From contig JBHJMP010000874.1 of NCBI GenBank assembly GCA_043381765.1, positions 1 to 36,985 of the forward strand: a stretch of DNA of 36,985 bases. Direction: 5' to 3'. Shown in pieces: positions 12,650 through 27,890 of the stretch. The number at the start of each line of letters is the position of its first letter. Positions within the stretch are counted from its first letter, which is position 1. The translations under genes were made by a program, and so were the position numbers. The notes beneath the pieces were generated by a model. The model was given only the letters and a program-made list of their open reading frames with translations, searched no databases and had not been told where the DNA came from. The stretch is from Collodictyon triciliatum (taxonomy: Eukaryota).

Positions 12650-14528
12650 ATGAGCGAGGGCAACGAGTTTGGAGACGCTTTGCTGGCTTTGCAGCGGTCC
12701 AAGTCTTTCAGTCAAGCTTACGAAGCCGCGATCGAGAAGGTAAGCGACAGCACAAACTTGACTTGCCGAAAGACAAGACAGCCAAGAAAAATCATATCCT
12801 TTATCATAACCAAGTAATACACACGCATTCCCTTTTACAAGCCCGAGCGAAGGTAGTTCGTACCAGCAACCTCAACAGAAGCAACACCATCGCAGTAACC
12901 ACATGCAGGAGGTGGTATTTCTTCTCATATACCAACTAACCATATCATTCTTTGGATGCCTGAACACAGATCAGTGATGACTTTGATGGTTTCGATTCTT
13001 CAATCCTCGGCATGACAGACCAGCTCCATAAAGCCTTAGATTCAAAGCTAAACTATGAGGTCGATGGGGTTTGTCTTGCTTGTGCACCCCATTTTATTTT
13101 ACTATGGCGAACGTTTTGTGCGTTGCCTCGTCATTTCTAACATGCATCATGTTTTTCTCTTTATCGTCGCGTTACGCCCCAAAGTGGGAGATTGAAGAAA
13201 AAAGAAAAAAAGAGAATAGAAGATACTAAAAATTGGCAATCACGTGGATATGATTGTTGTAGGTGAATCTTTTTCGTAGCGGATATTATAAAAGCATAAC
13301 ATTTGCAGAGAATCAAGGGCGCCTCCTTTTACTAGAGTACGACCGCTATGTTCGAAACAGAAAAAGAGACACCGCGATGCAAAATCCTTTCAACATGCAG
13401 CGAATGATGGGCATTCTGACCCCTGGTATATCCAAAGAGTCTTCGAAAAGCTCCACAGGCGCACAAAAAGGCCTGATTGGCCATGTGCACATCCCACCAG
13501 CACGCATGATTCTCTTACGCTCAGACTGCAAAAGCATTACGATGAAGACCAGCACCAGGGTAGAGGGACAATCGGCAGAAGCGAAGGATATCCAAGCGAT
13601 ACTGCATGAATCTGAGCTGAAAGGAAGTGGAGAGCACAAATACTGGGTCCACGCTGGCTATTCTCCCATCATTTGGGACCTAGGGGCAATGGTGGAAGAA
13701 CCCGTGCAAGTTTTTGAAAGTATTGGGGAGAAAAGACTTTCTCGAACGTTTGGTATTGCTGTAAATCCCCTCACTCAGAATTTGTACGTCGGCAACCAAG
13801 GGACATCGGAGGTTTATCAGTGCACATTGAATGGAGAGCTTATTCGCAGCCTGGACAGGGCCATACCTGAGCCGACAATACCAACATTTTCTGTTCTTTT
13901 GGGGATTGCTGTATCATCATTGGGTCGCGTGGCTGTAACTTCGAACTCCACACACGACGTGCATCTCTTTACCAGCGAGATGGAACACATTACAACTCTG
14001 AAAAAGTTTATCCAGAAAAATGAAGGCGGTGATCTTGATGAAGCTAGTTCTGGTCCGATTTCGGTAGCATTTGACGCGAACGATAACCTGTACGTGAGCG
14101 ACCACAACAACAATAGTGTGGCCAAGTTTGACGCGAAAGGAGACCTCGTCAAATCCGTCAGCTACAAAACAGTTGAAGGACTTCGTGGTGTGTATGGCCT
14201 GGGCGTTGATGACGATGATCGTGTGTTGTGCATAGCTTATGGTGTGGCAAACATCGTGGTTCTCAACTCAGATTTGGAGTATCTAGAGTCGTACAACCTT
14301 GCAGCCCCAACAAGGTCGTTCAACTCCATTGGTCGTGGGCCAAACGGAGGCTTCATTGTGACCGATTATGCTGCCAATGAAGTGCACTTTCTCAGCAAGG
14401 GCGGGACTCATATGGGTTCTGTGGCTGTGCCTGGGTCGCCCACTGCCGCATGCTTTGCCAATGGTATGCTTTATGTTGTGCGACAAGATGATGCCGCAAT
14501 CAGTGTGTTACGTTCAGGACGAGCTTAA
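12650..14528 (+). CDS. NHL-repeat (six-bladed beta-propeller) protein with a short helical N-terminus
   Basis: The long ORF 13263-14528 begins directly after an AG acceptor. It has NHL blades TFGIAVNPLTQNLYVGNQG, LGIAVSSLGRVAVT, PISVAFDANDNLYVSDHNNNSVAKFDAKG, YGLGVDDDDRV, GPNGGFIVTDYAANEVHF and PTAACFANGMLYV. The upstream phase-0 exon ISDDFDG...EVDG (about 12970-13068) joins in frame. The start codon (12494 or 12650) is uncertain. Confidence 0.8.
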
Positions 14529-14902
14529 ATCGTGCTGGTCCAGTAGGCCTCTTTGGCTCAAGACCGAATAAAATCGAAAGCCGATAGGCAAATGGATTAT
14601 GCATACACAAAATGCTTTATGGTTGTAGAAGGCGACCCAAGAGAACTAAATTTCTAGGCTCTATTAAAAAAAAAAAAAAAAAAAAGGAAGGAATTGGTGA
14701 ATGAAGAAATGAAGGAATCAACAGTCGAGGGAGGAAAAAAGGTTTGGAATGGGAGGGAAAAAAGAACAGGAGATTCGCGCTTTCAAAATGCCGGCTGTGG
14801 ATAGTTGCGAAAGCAGCAAGGCCAACAACTGAAGGAGAGTAAGAAGCGAAAAAAGGTGAATAGGGATGTTATTTTGTTTTTGTTTTTCTGTTTTGTTCAT
14901 GT

Positions 14903-15922
<1,020 letters not shown>

Positions 15923-16313
15923 TGTGCGCAGTCATTGTGCGGGTTTGTTGGCGCGTGGTGGTCTTTATTCTGTATGGACGCACACGCACGCACACACGCT
16001 ACATGCACGCGCCTGTCCAACGAATTCGTTTCGTTTTTTCTTCTGTTGTTCTATTTTTTGTTTTCATTATTTATTTATTTATTTATTTATTTTATCTTTC
16101 TTCTTTCTTTCTCTTCAAAGACAGCTGTGTTGCAATGATTCTACAAGACGAGCCATGTGCCTCAGCATTCTCTTGTGGCAAAAGCGAGTCTTGATAACAA
16201 ACCGCCCAAACACACGAGTGTCACACACAAGCTCACTTCGTCGATTCCGCTTCGCTTTCGCTACGCAGCGCTTTTATGCTCGGTGCTGGCGGAACGAACA
16301 AAGAAAAAAATCA

Positions 16314-16899
16314 ATGGCCAGCGAAAAGGAGCAATATGCGCGTGTGAACGCGTTCTCCACCATGCGTTTCAAACTAAATTCCCTTATGTGGATGATGGCA
16401 CGTGGGCAGCTTCGGCCGGGTGACTTCTTTGTTCGTGCGCTCAGCCTAATTATACCTTTCCACGGGCGATTCTCGTTGGTTTTCCCAGACGGAAAGGAAA
16501 GGAAAGGAAAAAAAAAAGGGTTGTGTGTTTGTTTGTGGCGTTGTTATAGAATCGCAAAGCTGAACCATATTCGGATCTTTTCCACAGAATAGTTTAGTGC
16601 CAAGAAGGAAATTCGCAGCACGTGTTCTCACAGCGTGTGCGTAGTCTGCAGTATCCGTGTGTTAGCGCCGCTTGCTATTCGGAGGCTTCGCATTGCTAAG
16701 GGTGCTGGTGATTCATGCCTATTATGGTATGGGTGTCTTAATGGAGAACGGCTCGCCGCATTTAGACAACGAGGTCAAGAAGATCAGACAGGTCGCCGCC
16801 AAAAGCCGAGCCATCAACCATCGCATCTGCGTCCGAGACCTTCTCCTTATCATGGAACTTAGGAGGCAACATAAAGGGTGTTGGTTAGCTCATCAATGA
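16314..16899 (+). CDS. Possible small two-exon hypothetical membrane protein
   Basis: ATG in an A-rich context opens MASEKEQYARVNAFSTMRFKLNSLMWMMARGQLRPGDFF. A phase-0 splice (gttcgt...gttag) would add RRLLFGGFALLRVLVIHAYYGMG. I recognise no family, and the 3' part is antisense to the last Ku80 exon. Confidence 0.3.
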
Positions 16900-16964
16900 A
16901 ACAGTGGAAGCAACTATGATATTAATATGTTTGAATGGTGGCTACAAAGAGTCTGGTCGTTGAC

Positions 16965-17006
<42 letters not shown>

Positions 17007-18658
17007 ACAAAAACAAAAACAAAAACAAAAACAAAAACAAAAACAAAAACAAAAACAAAAACAAAAACAAAAACAAAAACACAAAACAAAACAAAACAAA
17101 ACAAAACAAAACAAAACAAAACAAAACAAAACAAAACAAAACAAAACAAAACAAAACAAAACAAAACAAAACAAAAAACTATTCATTCATCAGACACGCA
17201 CATGACGATATAAGATGTGTATCGGCTTTCCATATTTTCATTTGATTTTCGCATGGACAAAACACGCAAAATACCTGAGTCGCTCCCTGCAGCGTATAAG
17301 CGCTCTCTGGCCATTCGATTTGGTGGATGGGGATGATATCGCGCTTCACAACGACAGAGTTCCAGAACTCCAGGGCTTGTCCGCACTCTGCTTTCCATTG
17401 TCGCAAATCAAGCAAAAAGTTATTGAAGATTTCCCCCTCTTGGTACTAAAAAAAAAAAAGTGGCTTTAGCTACGGTTGAAAAAATTACAGTCTGATTTAA
17501 AACTAGATTCGGTATTGGGCTTGGAAAAGTATGTTGGTATGATTCACACATAAAAATGAGCTGTGCTGCGAGCGCATAAATGGACGTTTTTGGCATATCT
17601 TCATTTGCACTTACCTGGACGCAAGCATCTCGCAAAGCTTCCATACAATTTCCGGCAACCCCAAAGAACTGAGCTCCTTGTGATTCACGCACAATTCGTT
17701 TGATAGCAGACTGCATTTGCTCAAGGGCTACACCATATACATTCAAGGGGTAAATACATCGATATTGCATTCGCTACGAGAAAAGGAGCGTAAAATGTGC
17801 TCGTTCATATTCAAAAAATCACAGATTCATCAAGTATGGCGCGTCTATGACTTTGTTTTTCTTTTGCCTTGTAATGAGATGTTGGAATTATTTCCTATCC
17901 CAAAGATAAACTGAAATAAACACGAATCTACCGGGTAAAACGAAATCTTCGTCTCTGCGCCTGATGAAGCTCCAAAAAGAAAGTACGGGATTAGCTATAT
18001 CAACCTGGGAACTGCCTCTGTTCAAGAAGCTCTAAACAGTTGAGATACATGAATGAATGACACCAGATGGTTATCCTAAAAACACAAGGGAACATGAAAT
18101 ATTGAGCAAAAAAAAAAAAAAAAAATACATTGAAAATAGACGATGTAGTTATGCTAGATGATTGATTTTCTTCGTAGTGCTCCTCTTCATCCCTTGCATT
18201 TCTTTCCACCGTATCATCGTCATCTAGTTTAAAAAAAAAAATTGCGCGAGTATTTCATCGTGTGCTTTATCTTGGAACTGTAAATTCAGGAGACAGAGTA
18301 TTAACTTCAATCAGAATTTTTTTAACGAAAAAAAATTCAACACGAAAAGGGAAGGAAATAGAAAGGAAAGGGTAAAGAAATCCTTACAAACATGGCTAAT
18401 TGGAAATGATCTGTAAAAGTCACTCCAAACAGCCGATACTTGTTTGGTGAAATCCTCTGAATGGTTTATCAGCCTATTCCAAAAAAAAAAATAATTCAAT
18501 TTCGAAAACGACTTTAAATTTTTCAAAAAGAGCACATATGCGTTCAAATGAGAGGAGAGGAAGCCATTCAACACGCAGCAACAATTTTACTTCTCGTATA
18601 AACATATTTTTGTTGTTTGTTTGTTTGTTTGTTTGTTAGTTTGTTTGTTTGTTTGTTG

Positions 18659-18753
<95 letters not shown>

Positions 18754-20404
18754 CATTATTATTATCATTATTATTATTATCATTATTATTATCATTATTA
18801 TTATTGAGAAGAACATAGACTTCGTATTGGAAAATTACTTTTCTATTTCACAGCTTAATTTTGGAATTTCACCGTCAGACTTTGAGACTCTTTCCATTAT
18901 GCACTGTGCGATTCGATCCAAGGCTGGGTTTGGAATATCTTCCGGACAAAAGACTCCGACTGACCTGGTTACAAATTAAAATAAACATATGCGAGAAGGG
19001 TTAAATATCAGCGAGAGGAGATCAACAGTACTTGATGATTACTTTCATATCCGAATTTTGGATTATATAATTAAAATACTGACTCTTTGAATCGAATAAA
19101 GGGGATAAAATTGATTAAAACACTGACTCGATTTCATTCTCCTTATGAAGCATCATAGCAGATATCAACTTATCCGCCGCGGTCAATTGCGCCTCAGTTG
19201 GCTGGTTCGTCGATTTGCTAAGGTCGCACACTCGGATTTTACGAAGATCTTCAGCGTATGGTATCTGGTTCATAACCAAGAAGCTTCCTTCTGCACTCTT
19301 ATCTTTAAAGGATAGAAAAATTAGAGAAAAGTGCAATACAGCTCTGTGGCTACACAACTGAAAGGCAAAGGCATGACATAAATGTGCGTAAACAAAGTAA
19401 CATATCTAAAAAAATATCAAACGACATCTTACTTTTTTTTAAAAATGGCTATCGTAATAATTAAAAACAAAGGAGAAGAAAAACAAACGTGGAGTCAAAA
19501 CACATAGAGTAGGTGCAGACGTCTGTCGATAAAGAAAATGGACCAGAATTCCTCTGTGATTACTCTCAAGGGCGGTAAAAAGTGCATTCATCATATACGC
19601 AGCTTGCCTGTTTCCTTTCGGATGCGCAACATATACACTTCCTCTGGAATACCAATGACCTAACACATCAGCATTTCAAAACTTTTTAAAGAATAAATCA
19701 CTAAAGTTCGGTACATTATAAACAATGTTCATAATATTTTGATCGCCATTTCCATTCACTACGTATTTCTATTCATAAACAAACGTTGAATAGCCTCCAA
19801 CCGAACGAAGCCTTTGCAATAAAGCCCCTTCGCCATGTCGACTCTGAGTAGAGATGCATCTACCCCGTCAGTCGACAGCTTTGTATATATTTAGTTAAAA
19901 CAAATCACATATGATGTTTTTTTAATTATATATTTGAATGTAAACATATGTTAAATTCACAAGTTTCCCTCCATATTCATAGGCAAAAGCTGTTTCGCTA
20001 TCTTGAACTTCGGTGAAAGGGTTGTTCTCAAGAACCCGGGTCGTCCTTTGGATTAAATACTTGTATCCTGCCTGGCCGCCTATTTTGTGATAGTCTTCAT
20101 CATTATAATAATAATTATTTCGTGCTACAATCTTGTTTATATACCGAACGCAAGGCAACTTGAAAGGACATGACCCACATTCTAAGCAATATAAAAAAAT
20201 TATTCGACCAATATAAAAATGTTGCAAAATATGAATCACTGACCTCGGAGTCTTTTCACTTTGCCGAATGATGCTGGTTTATGAATTGACGTTTTTACGA
20301 AGCAAGATATCTGTGCACGTGATTAAGGATGTTAAATATTGTAACATGTACAGGAGGAACCCAAGAGATAGCAGGAATTTGCATATAAGATGATGAAAAA
20401 TTCT

Positions 20405-20437
<33 letters not shown>

Positions 20438-20453
20438 NNNNNNNNNNNNNNNN

Positions 20454-20499
<46 letters not shown>

Positions 20500-20872
20500 G
20501 GTATGATAAGCTTCGATGTGATATTGAGTGTCCCATTGAGGTAAACTCTGGTACTTGTCGACCGAAGCTGTGGGACGGTGAGCTCTTCCTGCAGCAGAAC
20601 CCTTGGAATAGATGTGGATGAGCTGATTCCATGCCCGCCGGTGGAATTGGGGTCTGCATCCCCAGTGAAAGACTCTGGTTGATTTGAATTCTCAGCCTTG
20701 ACAGCTGGTATTTTTGAAACCTCAGCAGCCTTTGTACCAAGATGCGATGCATCGGTATACATCGACCCATTCGATTTCTTCGATAAGTCAATCAATTTGT
20801 GCACATAGTTATTTGCCTGGTAAAGAGTTTGATTCAGTAGAATTTAACATTGCTTTTATCAGACCCTTGATG

Positions 20873-20961
<89 letters not shown>

Positions 20962-22396
20962 GCGGCTCGTGTCAATTAAGATGGTGTTTAAAGGCAATTG
21001 TGTCTCTATCCATCTTAACATGATTTAGTATCGTCTTTTCCCCCTTTCATTTTATTCGAGATAATTTCTTGTCGGCCGATCAATTGCAGAATATGACGTA
21101 ATTCTAATAAATAGCACATACCTTGTCCTTCAGCTCATCCATATTTGTTTGCATACTGCATGATTCATTAGATCGATAGTTCAGAGACATATTGAAAAAA
21201 AATATGATGTAATTGTTTTTGAAGATTGATATTGTGCACGGATGGATAGTTGTGCTGAATGAGAACTATCGACATTACAGAGACTTCAAACCATAAATCC
21301 AAGACAATCTTTTCGGCCTTCAACTTGTCCAGAATCATGGAAAATATGTCATCACTGTCATCAATTATGCATTCATTTTCCCCGATAAAAACAACGATTC
21401 TTTTAGCAACTTTGATAGGAGATTTTTGCAGCAAGATGACCTCAATCGCAGCCAAAATCGCGTTGATGTCTGAAGGGAGATAAGAATTGAAAGTATTGGA
21501 TTATTTTTTCTTTTATCATTTTTCGACGCTGAAAAAAATTCAAAAAATTATTACAACGTCTCAAAAATTAAAATACTGCTCAAATATTACACCCATAAAG
21601 AAATTGCCAAGAAAATGTTACATTTAGATAATGGTGATTTTTTATTGATACTAATAAATATTATTTTACTAAAAAAATTTTGAAAAAATGAGGGGAATCT
21701 CTAGATATTTCATACAGTCACAGTCGAAGCCGAGTTTGGGTAGGGTCCGTATAATTGTCTGTGGGGGTGAAGCGTGGCCGAAATCGTGGACAACTGATAT
21801 GTTCTCGTATCCCTCCAGATCAAAGGGCAAAGATTTGCCTGGTTTTAAGCGTTTAGATATAGGGTGGATGAGGCATCTACTTGTTAAATATTCGATTGCT
21901 TAAAAAGATGTCCTAGCCACCCTCGCTTCCCGCAACCATGACCGCCACGTTGTCTCCGTCGGTGTGCTGGTGAAAAAGGAAAAGCGATTTTAAAGAGATA
22001 ATCTCATGACCAATGTTTTAGGCTGCTGTAACTGTATTTGCGATGTAAAGCAAGGAAAACACACTATTGTGTTCAACTCGTTCATGATTCACGCAAAGAC
22101 AGAGTGTATGTTTGCTTCCTTTTGTCTCCTTCGTATGTTTGCTTCCTTTGATGCGGTATTTTCTGAAAGGAATGGTCACCAGCTTTTCTGCATATCTCGC
22201 TGCCCACTCGACAAGGAGGTCTCTCTGGTCAGGCTTTTTCGAAAGACCAGGCCCGGCGTTCAGCAGGATCAGCGACGTGAATGCCTTGTGTGCGAGTTAC
22301 GACCCTCTTCAGTCTCCAAACTCTGGGCTGGCTTTGACACGGCGATGGAATGCGCAAGGGCAGTGGTGTACGGAAAGAGACTGCAGGGGAAAGCAT
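16762..22396 (-). CDS. XRCC5: Ku80 (NHEJ DNA end-binding subunit), about 17-19 exons
   Basis: vWA: AFTSLILLNAGPG, DNVAVMVAGSEG, GYENISVVH, KRIVVF. Core: AYEYGGKL, QIPYAEDLR, PTEAQLTAADKLISAMML, IPNPALDRIAQCI. C-terminal domain: ALEQMQSAIKRIVRES...CMEALRDAC, FNNFL, FWNSVV. Final exon ...GGDLSDLLDLVV* (stop 16762-16764). The start codon and one or two 5' exons are tentative. Confidence 0.93.
16965..17177. repeat. Compound (CAAAA)n/(CAAAAA)n microsatellite in the last Ku80 intron
   Basis: Direct reading. Confidence 0.95.
18615..18805. repeat. (TTTG)n plus (ATT)n microsatellite in a Ku80 intron
   Basis: Direct reading. Confidence 0.95.
20407..20498. repeat. (CA)n microsatellite containing a 16-N gap (20438-20453), Ku80 intron
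   Basis: Direct reading. Confidence 0.95.
20870..20960. repeat. (AAT)n microsatellite, Ku80 intron
   Basis: Direct reading. Confidence 0.95.
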
Positions 22397-22542
22397 AGAT
22401 GACTCCAAACCATTGTCGCGGGCTTTTTACTTGTCCTTGGCTGAGTCCTGCTGATAAAAAGTGGTTTTTGTTCTTGTTATTGATGTTGTGGTGGGTCGGA
22501 AACGAGTGTTTCGATGGTTTGCGCGAGTGTAAGGCGAAAGGG

Positions 22543-22874
22543 AAAAGAAAAGAAAAGAAAAGAAAAGAAAAAGAATAGAATAGAAAAGAAAAGAAAAAGA
22601 AAAAGAATAGAATAGAAAAGAACGAGGGATCGATCACAAGAATCTATGAAGCGACACACACGAACTCCTCTGCAGGCAGAGTCCTTATGCCCGTATTGAT
22701 TTTCCTGAATGCGTGTTCATTCTCTTTGACTGAAGAGTTTATTTTTTTGCAGATCATCCAAGCAGCCCGCCCATTAATTCTTTCCTTTTCATTCTTTTTG
22801 CCTTTTTGTTTTTGTTTTTGTTTTTGTTTTTGTTTTTGTTTTTGTTTTTGTTTTTGTTTTTGTTTTTGTTTTTG
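22543..22874. repeat. Intergenic (GAAAA)n (22543-22622) and (TTTTTG)n (22803-22874)
   Basis: Direct reading. Confidence 0.9.
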
Positions 22875-23007
22875 TCAGTTTCTGGGCGAAACTAAAGTAT
22901 CAAAAAAAAAAAAAAACCGAAGAAAAAAGGAGTCCGAAGCAAAGACAGAATAAAGCAGGGCGGCCAGAAAGAGACAAAAACACACAGCATGTTTGCAAGA
23001 CACGCAG

Positions 23008-24290
23008 CTATGAGGATTCCGAGGTTTTTGGTGTGAAAGGCTTGTACACCACAATCGGCTCTGGATTAAACGTGACAGCTGTAACTGTTGTGGCGGGGGT
23101 GTCTTGAAGATTCCCTAATAAACGACATGTGGTGTGATGTGATGTGATGTGATGTGATGTATTGTATTGTGATGTATTGTGATGTATTGTGATGTATTGT
23201 GATGTATTGTGATGTGATGTAAAGCGATTGCGATGTGATGTAAAGCGATTGCGCTTGAAACCAATCTATTACAAACCTCCCTTCCTTTTGGCGCTGAGCG
23301 TCCGCAAGGCTTCAGGCTTGGGGATCACTACACCACTATCCTTTGAAATGCGCACTTTTGTTCCATCCTCAAGGTATTTTGTAGCTACGCGGGTGCCTTT
23401 GCTGGAACAACCAACAACAGATGTGTTGAGTCAATATCGGAGCATTATGGGGACTCAAACAGAGAAAAGGAGAGGCAAAGCAACAAGCTGTCCCATTCCA
23501 CAAAAGAAAAAAAGAAGGGAGGGAAGGAGGGAAAAGAGGGACGCATGGCAAAAGCGTAGCTCAAGACTAACCCAGTGGATGGATCGACCAATGCAAGGTT
23601 GCTGTAGTGGACTGGTGCTTCGATGGTAAAGATGCCTCCTTTGCGGTCGGGTGTGCTCTTCACATGCTTTTTCACCTGGAATATGGATGATTAAGCCGAG
23701 CAGTCCAATGAACCTAGGAATTTGCATTCGGCCATGAGAAGGGCAAGGCAGAAGAGGACGCGTACAAGATTGAGACCCTCAACAACGGCCTTGTTTCGGT
23801 GGTGCAGGGCTCGCAAAACAACGCCCTGCTTCCCTTTGTCTCGCCCAGCGAGAACCTCCACCTGCAGAGGAACAAAGTGGCCTTTGGTCAGAGGGGAAGG
23901 ACGCACGCTAGAAAGAATCAAATCGTTTGAGAGGAGAGGCAAGTAGGCAGACTTTATCGCCTCGGACAATCTTCCACTTCTCCACCAGATCGATCATCCC
24001 TTTGTAAGCCAGAGTGCGTTGGCGACCAAGATCTGGGGGCAAACAGCAAAAAAAAAAAAAAAGTTAAAATTAAAAAAATCAAAAAAATCTTTCTGTCCTA
24101 TTATGCTTATTATTAATTTTCTTTCGTTGGATTCGGAGACAGAAAGGGAGTTAAAGAAAAGTTTGGAGAAGTAAGTCGGATAATTGGGGAGGAGAAATAA
24201 GCGAGGCACGTTTTTCGCAACCAGCAGAGTAAAGGACAAAAAGGTTGGACGTTAGAGAGCGCACAAGTACTTACTCACGATGCGACTCAT
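23008..24290 (-). CDS. MRPL24: Mitochondrial large-subunit ribosomal protein uL24m, 6 exons
   Basis: Spliced: MSRIVNLGRQRTLAYKGMIDLVEKWKIVRGDK-VEVLAGRDKGKQGVV...VVEGLNL-VKKHVK...GGIFTIEAPVHYSNLALVDP...GTKVRISKDSGVVIPKP...DTP. The KOW motif and the eukaryotic mitochondrial-type extensions are present. Confidence 0.93.
23133..23250. repeat. (GATGT)n/(GATGTATTGT)n tandem repeat in the last uL24m intron
   Basis: Direct reading. Confidence 0.9.
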
Positions 24291-24749
24291 TTTGTGGATC
24301 TGCGCGGCTCAGACGGTCTGGAAGTGCAATTAATCTCGTCAGTTCATTGTTCCATAATGCTCCTTGCCTCACCCTCCGAGCAAAACGCCGCCCACAAACG
24401 CGCTCTCTGCTTCGCCAAGGATTCCAGATGGAAAAGTACCGCATCTGATTATTCCCGACGAATCGTGTGCGAAAAGATTTGTGTGGTATTCAATGAATAT
24501 ATATATATTTGGAAAATATAATAATTCGCATCAAACACCCACACAGAGCCACTCTGCTGTGATTTTTTTCTATTTCGTGGTTGATTTTCTGCTTTGGTCG
24601 TGAATACGAAGAACCATTAAACGATTGCGCTCTCTTCTACCAAGGCACCGAAACTGACTGCAAAACATTAAGAAAATGAAAACGAGAAAATCATCAGCAA
24701 TAATCAGCCTATGGGATTGAACGAAGCGGTGCTGTATCTTTATGACTCA

Positions 24750-27065
<2,316 letters not shown>

Positions 27066-27156
27066 TTGGAGATGTCTGCGGCTGGACAGAAGTTTCTGTC
27101 GTGAGAATGGTAGTGGGCTGTGGTGCTGTTCTGTTGCCTGCGAGGAAGCATGAGGG

Positions 27157-27251
27157 AGGAAAAGAGGGAAGGAGGAAAAGAGGGAAGGAGGAAAAGAGGG
27201 AAGGAGGAAAAGAGGGAAGGAGGAAAAGAGGGAAGGAGGAAAAGAGGGAAG
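27157..27251. repeat. 16-bp polypurine minisatellite (GAGGAAAAGAGGGAAG)n, about 6 copies
   Basis: Direct reading; about 90 bp upstream of the oxidoreductase ATG. Confidence 0.95.
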
Positions 27252-27514
27252 GGGCTGCTGTCTATGCGGGTTGTGCTTGTGCTTTTTGTTTGCTTGTGCC
27301 TTTTGTTTGCCTGTCTGCGTGTTGACATCCGGCCCTGGGTTTTGGGGTGGGATGCCAAACGTCGGAATGGGATGGCGTCTTTTGGTCGCGTTGTCTGGCT
27401 TCGCTCTGTCTTTTTATTCTTCCTGTTTTTTTCCTTTCAATTGGCTCTTGTTTGTTCGGCGCTACCTTGGTCGGCCGGTAATGCCAATTCGAGGGTGTGG
27501 TTGGGTGGGAGTGG

Positions 27515-27760
27515 GAGTGAGTGAGTGAGTGGGTGAGTGAGTGAGTGAGTGAGTGAGTGAGGAAAGGAAAAGACTGCCCGGATCAGTTCTCATTTTCAAT
27601 CACTTTCGTTTTGTAACGAATGATGACTTCCAGGTGTTGTTTCAGGGGTTTACCCGCACTTGACTTAGGTGATGAGGCTTGGGCTTGGGCTTGTGATTAT
27701 TATTATGATTATGGTTGGGATTGTGATTGTGATTGTGATTGTGATTGTGATTGTGATTGT
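27515..27760. repeat. Intergenic (GAGT)n (27515-27560) and (GATTGT)n (27718-27760)
   Basis: Direct reading. Confidence 0.9.
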
Positions 27761-27890
27761 ATTCTTATGATTTAATTATCTTTTATCTTTTATCTTTTAA
27801 ACGCATATGTTTCGCAACATTTTGAAAGAATGATACTTCACATTTACTTGAAAATATTTAAAAATGTAAACCCTTTAATAATGAGACATG

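Noticed and set aside
2493-12802. ATATCCTTT matches to the U12 AT-AC donor at about 2493 and about 12794
   Set aside because: The first lies inside an intron already explained by GT-AG splicing. Neither has a convincing TCCTTAAC branch point and AC acceptor, and chance matches are expected in AT-rich DNA.
18215-18290. Apparent frameshift or stop in Ku80 at the A11 tract
   Set aside because: Using the gtaagg donor after ...ISHV and the ctag acceptor at about 18225 keeps the frame, so the tract is intronic and Ku80 is not a pseudogene.
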